Part shown: in pieces, positions 1 through 8,934 of the stretch
Numbering within the stretch: position 1 is the stretch's first letter
How the letters are laid out: every line of letters begins with the position of its first letter
Source: Vulcanimicrobiota bacterium
GTDB taxonomy: Bacteria > Vulcanimicrobiota > Vulcanimicrobiia > Vulcanimicrobiales > Vulcanimicrobiaceae
DNA: 64,000 nt
Assembly: GCA_963833095.1 (NCBI GenBank)
Contig: CAWHWQ010000003.1
Span: 128,001-192,000, forward strand
Reading direction: 5' to 3'
Notes under the pieces: generated by a model
What the model was told of the DNA's origin: nothing
What the model saw: the letters and a program-made list of their open reading frames with translations, nothing else
The model's database searches: none
Translations under genes and position numbers: made by a program

Positions 1-214
1 AACCCACGGCGAAGAAGTCGTTGCCGTAATCGTCCGCTCCGACGAGGGAATGGACGTCACGGACGAAACGATCATCGCCTGGTCTCAAGAGCACCTCGCG
101 CGCTATAAGTACCCGCGGCACGTGCATTTCATCGAGGCGATGCCGCTGGGTCCCAGCGGGAAAGTGCTTAAACGAGAACTCCGCGATCGCTTGCATCAAA
201 GGACGGTATCATGA
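1..214 (+). CDS. Acyl-CoA synthetase / AMP-binding enzyme, C-terminal part (truncated by window)
   Basis: Manual translation from base 2: THGEEVVAVIV...LARYKYPRHVHFIEAMPLGPSGKVLKRELR, the ANL-superfamily C-terminal motif; TGA overlaps the next ATG. Confidence 0.9.
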   Translation, partial: THGEEVVAVIVRSDEGMDVTDETIIAWSQEHLARYKYPRHVHFIEAMPLGPSGKVLKRELRDRLHQRTVS

Positions 215-522
215 TCGGTACGACCACTCGCATTCGTTCGTTCAACGTCATTCAGCTCGCACTCATGGCCGGCGTGCTCTACGCGTTGCTCGGTGTCATC
301 GCCGGATTCTTCGAGGGCTTGGCGGCGATGAGCGCGGGCTCGCTCTTCTCCGGCTACGGCATGCCGAGCTTCGGCCCACTAAGCATCGTGCTCTTCCCGA
401 TTCTGTTCGCGGTCATTCTCTTCGTGGGCGCCTTCATCTACGCGCTCGTCGGCGGAGCGCTCTACAATCTCGTCGCGGGCTGGATCGGCGGCGTCGAGGT
501 TCAGCTCGAAACGCGCGTCTAA
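211..522 (+). CDS. Small membrane protein (DUF3566-like)
   Basis: Two hydrophobic helices ending LYNLVAGWIGGVEVQL; ATGA-coupled to the upstream gene. Confidence 0.7.
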   Translation: MIGTTTRIRSFNVIQLALMAGVLYALLGVIAGFFEGLAAMSAGSLFSGYGMPSFGPLSIVLFPILFAVILFVGAFIYALVGGALYNLVAGWIGGVEVQLETRV

Positions 523-535
523 GCGCCCGATTTTC

Positions 536-1915
536 GTGGAACGCTTACGAACCGATCCGGAGCTGATCGCTCGGCTTGCGGCAGAGATCGATGCGCGCTT
601 TTCCGGATCGAGGGTTCGCGACGTGGGACGCTTGCCCGACGGCCGCATCGCGCTGGTCTTGTGGTCGCGAGGCCACGAGCAGATGGTGTGTATCGACGTT
701 TTCGGCACTCCGCCGCTGATCACGGTCGAAGATGCGCGCGAGCTTTCGATCGAGAGCGAGGCGGGATTCATCCGCGCGACGGGCGCGGCACTGCGCGGCA
801 GCACGCTCCTTTCCGCCAAGGCTCGCAAAGGCGATAGGCTCGTGCGTCTGACCTTCGGAACACGCTCGCGCTTCGGCGTCGGTGACGAGAGCGACCTCTA
901 CGTGGAGCTGGTACCACGCTTCGGAAACATCGTGCTGGTGCGCAAAGAGCGTATCGTCGCCGCCCTCAAGGAGTTTTCTCTGGCGGAAAACGCCGCGCGC
1001 GCGATCGAGATCGGGCATCCGTATGCGCTCCCGCCGCTGGTCGCGAGGACGCGTCCCGACGCAGAGCAAGTCGTGGCCCAAGGCGCGAGCGTCTTAGATC
1101 ACCTCAGCGCGTTCCGCGCGCAATCGGCGTTCATCGGCGAAAGCTATCGGACCGAACATCGCCGCAAAGCTCTAATCAAACGGCTCGACGAGCGCGAGCG
1201 CAAGGTTCGCAAAGATCTCGAGTCTGTGGCGCAAAAAGAGCGCGCGGCCGCCGATCGCGATCAACTTCGCGAGCGAGGAGAGGCGCTTTACGGCGGATTG
1301 CACGAGCTTGACGAGGCCGCGCGCGATCTTGCAAAGGAGGAAGCCAGCGGGCTCTTCGCCCGCTACAAGAAGCTCGGTGCCGCGTTGACCCATCTTGCCG
1401 CGCGCGACCGAACGCTACGTTCGACGCTGCAGGCCATCGAGCAACTGCGCTGGGAGGCCGAGCGTATCGACGAGACCGACCTTGCCGACGTCGAGCATGC
1501 TGCCGCGGTGCTCGAACGACGCACGACCAAGACGGGAAAGCCAGCACCGCGTCGTAAGCGCGCACCGCTGGAGGTTCGCACGGCAAGCGGATCGCGCATC
1601 GTGGTGGGCCGTTCACCGAGCGAAAACGCCGACCTCACGTTTCACGTCGCGCGCCCCAACGATTGGTGGTTCCATGCGCAGAGCGTCCCTGGCGCCCACG
1701 TGATCCTGCAGCGCGACGATCGCAGCGAGCCGCCCGCCGATGACATCGAGCGGGCGGCGTCGCTGGCCGCATATTTTTCGAAAGCGCGCGCGAGCGCGAA
1801 GGTCGCGATCGACTATACGTTACGCAAGCACGTGCGTGCGCAACGCGATGCGCCGCCCGGCCTGGTGTGGTATACGCATCCGCGCACCATCATGGCCGAA
1901 CCCGCGCCGCCCTAA
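536..1915 (+). CDS. rqcH: NFACT family protein (RqcH/Rqc2/FbpA-like ribosome quality control factor)
   Basis: GDR motif, ELVPRFGNIVLV, coiled coil, NFACT-R domain (VGRSPSENADLT, WFHAQSVPGAHV, AASLAAYFSKAR). Confidence 0.85.
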   Translation: MERLRTDPELIARLAAEIDARFSGSRVRDVGRLPDGRIALVLWSRGHEQMVCIDVFGTPPLITVEDARELSIESEAGFIRATGAALRGSTLLSAKARKGDRLVRLTFGTRSRFGVGDESDLYVELVPRFGNIVLVRKERIVAALKEFSLAENAARAIEIGHPYALPPLVARTRPDAEQVVAQGASVLDHLSAFRAQSAFIGESYRTEHRRKALIKRLDERERKVRKDLESVAQKERAAADRDQLRERGEALYGGLHELDEAARDLAKEEASGLFARYKKLGAALTHLAARDRTLRSTLQAIEQLRWEAERIDETDLADVEHAAAVLERRTTKTGKPAPRRKRAPLEVRTASGSRIVVGRSPSENADLTFHVARPNDWWFHAQSVPGAHVILQRDDRSEPPADDIERAASLAAYFSKARASAKVAIDYTLRKHVRAQRDAPPGLVWYTHPRTIMAEPAPP

Positions 1916-1916
1916 G

Positions 1917-2525
1917 CTACTTGGGCAGCCGAGATTCGCACACGGTCCAATCCGTATGCGCTAGAAAAGCTTCGATGTACTTGCCTTTGTCGGCAGGCTT
2001 ATAGTCGCGCAGGTAGGCATGCTCCCACAAGTCCATGACGACGATCGGATCGCAGCCGGCAAGTTCGTTGATGTTGTGGTCGCCGATCCAGACGTTGATG
2101 AGTCCATTCGCCTTCGCGTCGTAAAACGTGATGGCCCAGCCCACGCCACGCATCGCACCGATCGCGGCCAGATCTTTCTTCCAGTTCTCGAACGATCCAA
2201 AGCTTTCGCCCGCTAGATCGTACAGACGTCCACGGCTATAGTCTTTGGGATTCTTGGTGAGATTATCGAAATAAAATTCGTGCAGGCGCATGCCGTTGAA
2301 TTCCCAGCCGAGCCGGCGCACGAGTTCGGCGAATGCAGGGTCGGCGCCGGCATTCTTGCCCGCGGCGCGAATCTCGGCCAGCCGTTCGTTGAGGGTGTTC
2401 GTGTTTTTCACGTACCCTTCGTACAGGCCGAAGTGGATCTGCAGTGTGTCATCGGAGATGCCTTGCAACCCCGAGAGATCCCATTTCTTGGGTGTGTAGC
2501 TCTTGGTCGCGGTGTTAACGCTCAT
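1917..2525 (-). CDS. sod: Fe/Mn superoxide dismutase
   Basis: HFGLYEGYV, LHEFYF and DLWEHAY metal-ligand motifs. Confidence 0.92.
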   Translation of the reverse strand: MSVNTATKSYTPKKWDLSGLQGISDDTLQIHFGLYEGYVKNTNTLNERLAEIRAAGKNAGADPAFAELVRRLGWEFNGMRLHEFYFDNLTKNPKDYSRGRLYDLAGESFGSFENWKKDLAAIGAMRGVGWAITFYDAKANGLINVWIGDHNINELAGCDPIVVMDLWEHAYLRDYKPADKGKYIEAFLAHTDWTVCESRLPK

Positions 2526-2706
2526 GTTCTATTTTGGAACCCCGTATCTAGCGTAATGTGCCTCTGTAGTCTACCCCTGTAGAACGAGAACAGGTTGGGA
2601 ATGGCTGCAGCACATCAAAGGGCAAGCCGCTTGCTTGCAATAAGAGATGCCTTAAGCGTCTCGTATGGACCTCTCTCCGGGCCCTGAATTGCTGAGGTGA
2701 TTGCCA

Positions 2707-2820
2707 ATGAAGAACCCCCTGGACTCGTTGTGGGGCACGGTTATCGGCGGTGTCGTCCTCACGGTCATGTTCTTTTACGTCGCGCAGTGGCTCGTGGTGC
2801 GCACGAGCGCGGGAGGCTGA
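2707..2820 (+). CDS. 37-aa single-TM small protein (below the ORF track cutoff)
   Basis: MKNPLDSLWGTVIGGVVLTVMFFYVAQWLVVRTSAGG*, preceded by GAGGTG SD; its 3' end contains the GGAGG SD of the next gene. Confidence 0.7.
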   Translation: MKNPLDSLWGTVIGGVVLTVMFFYVAQWLVVRTSAGG

Positions 2821-2824
2821 CGCT

Positions 2825-3337
2825 ATGGAAGCACTCGAAGGCGCAGTCTTGCGCTGGCTCCACGTTATGGTCGGCATCATGTGGGTCGGACTGCTCTACT
2901 ACTTCAATTTCGTCAACGTCGAGGCGGCGAAGCAGGCGAATGCGGCCGGCGAAGGGGCCGGCATCAGTAAGTACGTGATGCCCCGCGCGCTACTCTTCTT
3001 CCGCTGGGCTGCGGTGGCGACGTGGCTTCTCGGCGCCGGGTTGCTTTCAACGATGCAATCCGCGAGCGGACTCAACGGGTTTGTCGCGGCATTCGGATTA
3101 CAGGGCGAATTCGCCCCAATCGGCATCGGCGCATGGCTCGGCACGATCATGCTTTTCAACGTGTGGGGCATCATCTGGCCGAATCAGCAAAAGATCCTCG
3201 GCTACAAACCCGCCACGGACGAAGAAAAGGCGAAGTCGCGTCGCATCGCGTTCCTGGCTTCACGGGCGAACACGATGCTCTCGATCCCGATGCTCTGGTT
3301 CATGGTGACCGGACCACACCAATCCATCTACCACTAG
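2825..3337 (+). CDS. Urate oxidase N-terminal (PuuD-like) membrane protein without cytochrome c domain
   Basis: RWLHVMVGIMWVGLLYYFN, GTIMLFNVWGIIWPNQQK, SRANTMLSIP motifs; start reassigned to ATG 2825. Confidence 0.8.
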   Translation: MEALEGAVLRWLHVMVGIMWVGLLYYFNFVNVEAAKQANAAGEGAGISKYVMPRALLFFRWAAVATWLLGAGLLSTMQSASGLNGFVAAFGLQGEFAPIGIGAWLGTIMLFNVWGIIWPNQQKILGYKPATDEEKAKSRRIAFLASRANTMLSIPMLWFMVTGPHQSIYH

Positions 3338-4314
3338 TCCGGAACGAGAATGATCTTCCCGATATGTTGGCTCGACTCCATGCGCGCGTGCGCCTCCGCC
3401 GCTTGCGAGAACGTGTAGACCGAATCGACGACGGGAAAAATCGGGTCGCGGTTGGGAAGCAGCGGCCAGATGTGCGTACGGAGGCCGTCCGCGATGGCGG
3501 CCTTTTCCGTGTCGGTGCGCGGGCGCAGGCTCGATCCGTAGATGGTGGCGCGGCGCTGCATGAGGTACCGCAAGTCGATCGTCGACTCGCTCCCGCCGGC
3601 GTGCGCGATGCATGCGATGCGCCCTTCGGTCGCGATCGCGCGTAAGTCGCGATTGAGGTACTCACCGCCCACGATGTCGAGCACGACGTCGACACCGCGT
3701 TTGTTGGTGAACTCCAACACCTGCTCAACGAAGTCGGCGGTCTTGTAGTCGATTGCGGCTTCCGCGCCGATCTCGAGCGCGGCCCGGCATTTCTCCTCCG
3801 AACCGGCGGTTACAATCGCGCGAGCGCCCACCGCACGGGCGAACATGATGCCGGTCGTGCCGATGCCGCTCGTGCCGCCGTGGATCAGCGCGGTTTCGCC
3901 CACCCCCAACTTCGCGCGCACCAAGAGATTGTCATAGACCGTAAAGCCGTTTTCGGGCAGCGTAGCGCCCTCGACGAAGGACCATTGCGCTGGTAGCGGG
4001 AGTACCTGCCCGACTGGGATACGCACGTACTCGCTGTATCCCCCGCCGTTGCAAAGCGCGACGACGCGGTCGCCGACCGAGAACGCGCAGGTTCCCGTGA
4101 TCTGCGCGATCGTGCCGCTGACTTCGAGACCTAGGATGGGTGATGCGCCCTTGGGAGGCGGATACAGGCCGCGCCGCTGGAGTGTGTCGGCGCGGCTGAC
4201 GCCCGCGGCTTCGACCTCGATCAAGACCTCGCCCGGGCGCGGTGCGGGCGCGGGCCCCTGCGCAACATGGAGCACCGACGGATCGCCGGGCTGATCGAAC
4301 GCGACGTACCTCAC
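3334..4314 (-). CDS. NAD(P)H-quinone oxidoreductase, PIG3 family
   Basis: GLYPPPKGASPILGLE, HGGTSGIG, HIGKIIL. Confidence 0.92.
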   Translation of the reverse strand: MRYVAFDQPGDPSVLHVAQGPAPAPRPGEVLIEVEAAGVSRADTLQRRGLYPPPKGASPILGLEVSGTIAQITGTCAFSVGDRVVALCNGGGYSEYVRIPVGQVLPLPAQWSFVEGATLPENGFTVYDNLLVRAKLGVGETALIHGGTSGIGTTGIMFARAVGARAIVTAGSEEKCRAALEIGAEAAIDYKTADFVEQVLEFTNKRGVDVVLDIVGGEYLNRDLRAIATEGRIACIAHAGGSESTIDLRYLMQRRATIYGSSLRPRTDTEKAAIADGLRTHIWPLLPNRDPIFPVVDSVYTFSQAAEAHARMESSQHIGKIILVPD

Positions 4315-4318
4315 GGCA

Positions 4319-5410
4319 TTATTGTGCGGGCCGACGCGGCGCGCATCCTTCGCGCGATTCGATCAACATGGCATCGCCAAATGAAAAGAAGCGGTATCGC
4401 TGTGCCACGGCCTCGTCATACGCGGCGAGTATCCGCTCGCGCCCGGCAAACGCGCTGACCAGTACGAGCAGCGTCGATTGCGGGAGGTGAAAATTGGTAA
4501 TCATCGCGTCAACCACGGCAAAGCGAAATCCCGGCGTGATAAAAAGCGATGTGGTCCCCTCTCCGGGCAGCAGGCGCCCGTGGGCCGCGGCGTTGCCCTC
4601 GAGTGCGCGAACGACCGTGGTGCCGGCTGCAATGACGCGTCCTCCTCCCTGGCGCGCGCTTTCAATTGCCTGGATCGCATCACGATCGATCGCGTAGCGC
4701 TCTGCGTGCATTACGTGTTCGTCAAGCCGCGCGGTCTTCATCGGCCGGAACGTCCCAAGGCCCACATCGAGGGTGAGCTGGGCGATAGTCGCGCCGGCCT
4801 GCTCGATTTGGGTAAGAAGCTCGTTTGTAAAGTGCAGCGACGCAGTCGGTGCGGCAACGCTTCCCGGGTCGCGTGCGAAAACCGTTTGATATCTGGCTTG
4901 GGCCTCGTCCGAATCATTGTGAATGTACGGAGGAAGTGGTAGTCGTCCGGCGCGTTCCAAAAAGTGCTCGAACGGTTCGTTGAGCTCGAACTCGAGGTCG
5001 CGCAAGCCCTCGTCGCCTTCGCCAACGACGCGCGCTCGAGCGCGCTCGTCAAAGCGAATGAGCGAACCCGTTCGAAGGCGCCGTGCGGGCCGGAGCAACG
5101 CGGTCCAGCGCGTAGCGGCGGAATCGTACCGCATCGAGTGCGCGGGATGCAGGAGCAGCACCTCAGCCGCGCCGCCGCTGGGTTCGCGCGTGCCCCACAG
5201 GCGCGCCGCGATCACGCGGGTGCGATTGAGCACGAGCACATCGCCGGGACGCACGAGCTCGGGCAGCTCTGAGAAGATGCGGTGCTCGATTCGCTGCGGC
5301 CCGAGCACCATCAGACGGCTCCCGTCGCGCTTTGGAGCGGGATGCTGCGCGATGAGTTCGCTTGGGAGCTTGAAATCGTAGGCGGAGGCGAACTCCTCGG
5401 GTGAGCTCAC
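4319..5410 (-). CDS. queA: S-adenosylmethionine:tRNA ribosyltransferase-isomerase
   Basis: LIAQHP, PLPPYI, GSVAAPTASLHF, TNFHLPQSTL, YRFFSFGDAM. Confidence 0.97.
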   Translation of the reverse strand: MSSPEEFASAYDFKLPSELIAQHPAPKRDGSRLMVLGPQRIEHRIFSELPELVRPGDVLVLNRTRVIAARLWGTREPSGGAAEVLLLHPAHSMRYDSAATRWTALLRPARRLRTGSLIRFDERARARVVGEGDEGLRDLEFELNEPFEHFLERAGRLPLPPYIHNDSDEAQARYQTVFARDPGSVAAPTASLHFTNELLTQIEQAGATIAQLTLDVGLGTFRPMKTARLDEHVMHAERYAIDRDAIQAIESARQGGGRVIAAGTTVVRALEGNAAAHGRLLPGEGTTSLFITPGFRFAVVDAMITNFHLPQSTLLVLVSAFAGRERILAAYDEAVAQRYRFFSFGDAMLIESREGCAPRRPAQ

Positions 5411-5787
5411 TACGTGGTTAAGCGCTGCCGTTCGAGTTCCAAGAAGTTCGTAAGACGCTTGCGCTCTTCTTCGGTCGCATCGATGAAGAGGATTCCGACT
5501 TGATAGTTCTCTGCTTGGAACGCGCGAATCCAGCGCACCTGTCCACGCAAGGTCAGAAACGGATTGCGCTTCATCGTAAACGTGTACTTTGTGCCCACCG
5601 CAAGATACTGATCGGCGATGATCCGCATGCCGGTCGGCGAAATATCCGCAACCGCCCCGCGAAACAGCATCGAGGAGAGCGGGTCTTCGACAACGACGTC
5701 GATGTATTTACGCAAGCGAAGCGCGTACCGCTTGTCGCTATTTGCGTCCTCTTCTCCGGCGGGTTTATTCGTCGGCCCGTCAGTCAT
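5410..5787 (-). CDS. Stand-alone PilZ domain protein
   Basis: RxxxR (RYALR) and DxSxxG (DISPTG) motifs; start reassigned to ATG 5787. Confidence 0.85.
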   Translation of the reverse strand: MTDGPTNKPAGEEDANSDKRYALRLRKYIDVVVEDPLSSMLFRGAVADISPTGMRIIADQYLAVGTKYTFTMKRNPFLTLRGQVRWIRAFQAENYQVGILFIDATEEERKRLTNFLELERQRLTT

Positions 5788-6787
5788 GCTCGATCTCGGT
5801 TCCCGGAAAATAGAAATGCAGAATGTCGCTAAACGAAGCACCCTCGATCGCCTGGCCACGTGCACCCCATTGGCACAGCCCGACGCCGTGGCCTAGTCCA
5901 CCCCCTTCGATGACGATACTCTCCGGCGCCTCCGTGCTGGGTTCGAATTTCGTAATCAGCAGGCTTGGAAGCGCGCGCGAGCCGACGCGCAATCGAAACG
6001 TACTCCCCTTGACCGGTATTGTGCCGTGCTGACCCTGCAGGATAAAACCGCGGATCCGTCCGCTGCTATCCACTCCCGCTTCGGTAAGTGCTTGCAAGGG
6101 GGCGACCGGCTGTAACTCGCTCGAAAATGCTCGTGCGACCTGCGATACCTCGAGTTCACGATTCCATCGATAGTAGGGCGAATCGGTGCACGTCGTGCAG
6201 ACGACGCCGCCTAAATACGAAATGGGCGCGCCGCCCCAGGCATCGTGCGACGCCTCGGTGTGCCCACCGCAGCACGAACTGTACATCGCCTGCGCAAAAC
6301 CCGCTCCAAATCGCAGGACCATGCCGGCGCTCGCGTCGACGGCAGCGCGCCCCTGCGGGCTTTCCGTCGCGACACCGGTGTAGATCTGATCGAGTTCCGA
6401 CGGGACGACGTCATACGCGCGCTGCGGATTACTGCGTTGCAACACGTAGGTGCGCGCACATACCGCTTGCGCTTCGAGCGCGGCGGCGGGCCACGATGGC
6501 GACATCTCATGCGGAACGACGCTGTAGAGATACTCCTCGAGCGAGAGCGTGTTGACGACGCTCCCATCTGTCAACTGCAAGGCGTTTCCGCGATAGTCGC
6601 GTCCGTTAAAGGTGAAGCCGCCGCCCGCTCGCGGCGCAACCGTGCCGCGTCCAAGGAGGACCCGAAGCTGCGCGGTGGCCGCGTTCATCGCAGGGTCATT
6701 TTGATCTTGTACGGCAGCATCCGCGCGTGCTCGCGCGCTCGCAGCGGCGGCGAGCGCGAGCGCGACAAACGCGCCCCGTGTCATCAC
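5780..6787 (-). CDS. SpoIID/LytB domain lytic transglycosylase
   Basis: Signal peptide; LEEYLYSVVPHEM, ALEAQAVCARTY, GHGVGLCQWGA. Confidence 0.92.
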   Translation of the reverse strand: MMTRGAFVALALAAAASARARADAAVQDQNDPAMNAATAQLRVLLGRGTVAPRAGGGFTFNGRDYRGNALQLTDGSVVNTLSLEEYLYSVVPHEMSPSWPAAALEAQAVCARTYVLQRSNPQRAYDVVPSELDQIYTGVATESPQGRAAVDASAGMVLRFGAGFAQAMYSSCCGGHTEASHDAWGGAPISYLGGVVCTTCTDSPYYRWNRELEVSQVARAFSSELQPVAPLQALTEAGVDSSGRIRGFILQGQHGTIPVKGSTFRLRVGSRALPSLLITKFEPSTEAPESIVIEGGGLGHGVGLCQWGARGQAIEGASFSDILHFYFPGTEIEHD

Positions 6788-7842
6788 AAGAGCCGATCCT
6801 CGTGGCGCGGTGCAATCGTACCGAGATGACGGTATGCCGATTCGGTCGCCTTGCGACCGCTCGCCGTGCGCACGACGAAGCCTGCCTTGAGCAGATAGGG
6901 CTCAACCACATCTTCGAGCGTCTGGATATCTTCGTTAAGTGTTGCGGCAATCGCGGCGATACCAGCGGGTCCGCCGCGATACGACTCAATCAGCGCTTTT
7001 AAGAACGCTCGATCCATCCGATCGAGTCCCAGCTCATCCACTCCCTCACGCGCTAGCGCTTCCTGCGCCACGGCGCTGGTAATCGCTCCACTTGCGCGGA
7101 CGTCGGCGAAGTCACGAACGCGGCGCAAAAGCCGGTTCGCAAGGCGCGGCGTCCCGCGGCTGCGCGCGGCGATGGTGCGGGCACCTTCTTGATCGAGCTG
7201 CGCTCCGAGCAACTGCGCCGAGCGCGTGACAATTCGTTCTAAGTCCGCTGGCTCGTAGTAGTCGAGGTGATGCACGATTCCGAAGCGGTCACGAAGCGGT
7301 GCACTCAACATTCCGGCGCGCGTCGTCGCGCCGACGAGCGTGAAGCGCTTGAGCGGCAATTTGATGGTCTTGGCGTAGGCGCCGCGATCGACCACAAAAT
7401 CGATCTGGAAATCCTCCATCGCCGGATAGAGAAATTCCTCGACGACGCGGCCCAGTCGATGGATCTCGTCGATGAACAGGACGTCACCCTCCTCGAGCGA
7501 CGTCAAGATGCCGACGAGATCCTTGGGTTTTTCCAACGTTGGTCCGCTAGTCGGACGAAAGTTCGCGCCCATTTCACGCGCGACCAGACCAGCAAGCGTC
7601 GTTTTCCCAAGCCCCGGAGGACCGTAGAGTAAGATATGTTCGAGCGGTTCACCTCGGCCGCGCGCCGCTTCGATGGCGATGCGAAGATTTTCGACGACCC
7701 GGTGTTGACCAACGTAGTCGTCGAAGGTACGGGGCCGCAGAGAAGCGCCGTAGACTTCGTCTTCGAGCGACCCCTCTGGTGAGAGCAGCCGATCGGCCTG
7801 GTCTTCGCCGTTGTAGAGCGGCTTACGCCCCTCGTCACTCAT
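6784..7842 (-). CDS. ruvB: Holliday junction branch migration helicase RuvB
   Basis: LRPRTFDDYVGQ, GPPGLGKTT, FIDEIHRL, RGTPR. Confidence 0.98.
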   Translation of the reverse strand: MSDEGRKPLYNGEDQADRLLSPEGSLEDEVYGASLRPRTFDDYVGQHRVVENLRIAIEAARGRGEPLEHILLYGPPGLGKTTLAGLVAREMGANFRPTSGPTLEKPKDLVGILTSLEEGDVLFIDEIHRLGRVVEEFLYPAMEDFQIDFVVDRGAYAKTIKLPLKRFTLVGATTRAGMLSAPLRDRFGIVHHLDYYEPADLERIVTRSAQLLGAQLDQEGARTIAARSRGTPRLANRLLRRVRDFADVRASGAITSAVAQEALAREGVDELGLDRMDRAFLKALIESYRGGPAGIAAIAATLNEDIQTLEDVVEPYLLKAGFVVRTASGRKATESAYRHLGTIAPRHEDRLL

Positions 7843-8459
7843 GTTTGCGCGGCCTTACGCCGGTAGATTTGCGCAAGCAAGATCTCGGCGTCGTTGATAT
7901 TCGGATCGCCCTCGAGCGTCTCGCGAACCATCGTCTCAGCTTCGGCGCGCTTGTATTCGAGTTGCAGAAGCACCAGGAGCGCCTCGCCCGCAAAATCCGG
8001 CATGGGAGCCGGAGCCGGAGGCAACGGATCTTGGATCAATAAAAAGCGCGCCACTTTACCCTGGAGCTTGGCCACGATATCGCGCGCCTTCTGTTGTCCG
8101 ATTCCCGGAAGCTTGCGTAAATAGATGTGATCACCACGGTCGATGGCACTCGCGATCGAGGACATCGGTTCGGAAAACGCGCGTGCGGCGGTTTTGGGAC
8201 CGATCGATGCGACGCTGATCAACGCCTCGAAAAACGTCCGCTCTATGGCGTTGGTGAATCCGTAGTAGGTTGCGCGCGCGCTATTGCCGTCGATATTGAG
8301 CGCAGCATAGATCTCGAGCGCGACGCGCTCGCCCGGCGCGGCCGTCACCTTGTCGGCGACGCAGGGTGGAAGCGTGATCTCGTAGCCCAATCCGGCCGCC
8401 TCGAGGACGACGTGCTCCCCGTCGCGTTCGACCAAGGTCCCGCTAATGCGCGAAAACAT
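7839..8459 (-). CDS. ruvA: Holliday junction branch migration protein RuvA
   Basis: HhH motifs SIGPKTA and PGIGQQKA; lies between ruvC and ruvB; start reassigned to MFSRISG. Confidence 0.93.
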   Translation of the reverse strand: MFSRISGTLVERDGEHVVLEAAGLGYEITLPPCVADKVTAAPGERVALEIYAALNIDGNSARATYYGFTNAIERTFFEALISVASIGPKTAARAFSEPMSSIASAIDRGDHIYLRKLPGIGQQKARDIVAKLQGKVARFLLIQDPLPPAPAPMPDFAGEALLVLLQLEYKRAEAETMVRETLEGDPNINDAEILLAQIYRRKAAQT

Positions 8460-8931
8460 GCTCGGACATATTGAGGTATGCAAGCGCAATCGCCAGCGCG
8501 TCGGAAACGTCGTTGGGTTTGGGCGCAACGCGCAACTTGAGCAATCGCGTCACCATTGCGTTCACTTGATCCTTGCTTGCGCTCCCCGAGCCGACCAAGG
8601 CGCGCTTGACGTGCGCATGACCGAGCGTCTGCACCGGAACACCTGCTTGCGCGCTGGCCAGACACATGACGCCCCGCGCGTGCCCCATCAAAATTGCCGT
8701 CATCGGATTCTTGTACGTCGTATAGAGCTCTTCGATGACGACCACGTCAGGTGTGGTCTGTGCGATCAGTGCGCTGATACCTTCGTGCAGGATCGCCAAG
8801 CGCCGTTCCAGCGGCCCGTTCGGCGTCGGGCTGACGACGCCGGCTTCGATCAGCGCAACGCTTTGCCCGCGCCGCTCGATTACTCCGTAGCCGGTGACGC
8901 GCAGCGCGGGATCGATTCCAAGAATACGCAC
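8443..8931 (-). CDS. ruvC: Crossover junction endodeoxyribonuclease RuvC
   Basis: ILGIDP, VIEE, DVSDALAIA. Confidence 0.96.
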   Translation of the reverse strand: MRILGIDPALRVTGYGVIERRGQSVALIEAGVVSPTPNGPLERRLAILHEGISALIAQTTPDVVVIEELYTTYKNPMTAILMGHARGVMCLASAQAGVPVQTLGHAHVKRALVGSGSASKDQVNAMVTRLLKLRVAPKPNDVSDALAIALAYLNMSEHVFAH

Positions 8932-8934
8932 CCG

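Noticed and set aside
2526..2706. Purine or xanthine riboswitch upstream of the puuD-like gene
   Set aside because: Only short hairpins; no aptamer consensus I can recognise; likely just divergent promoters
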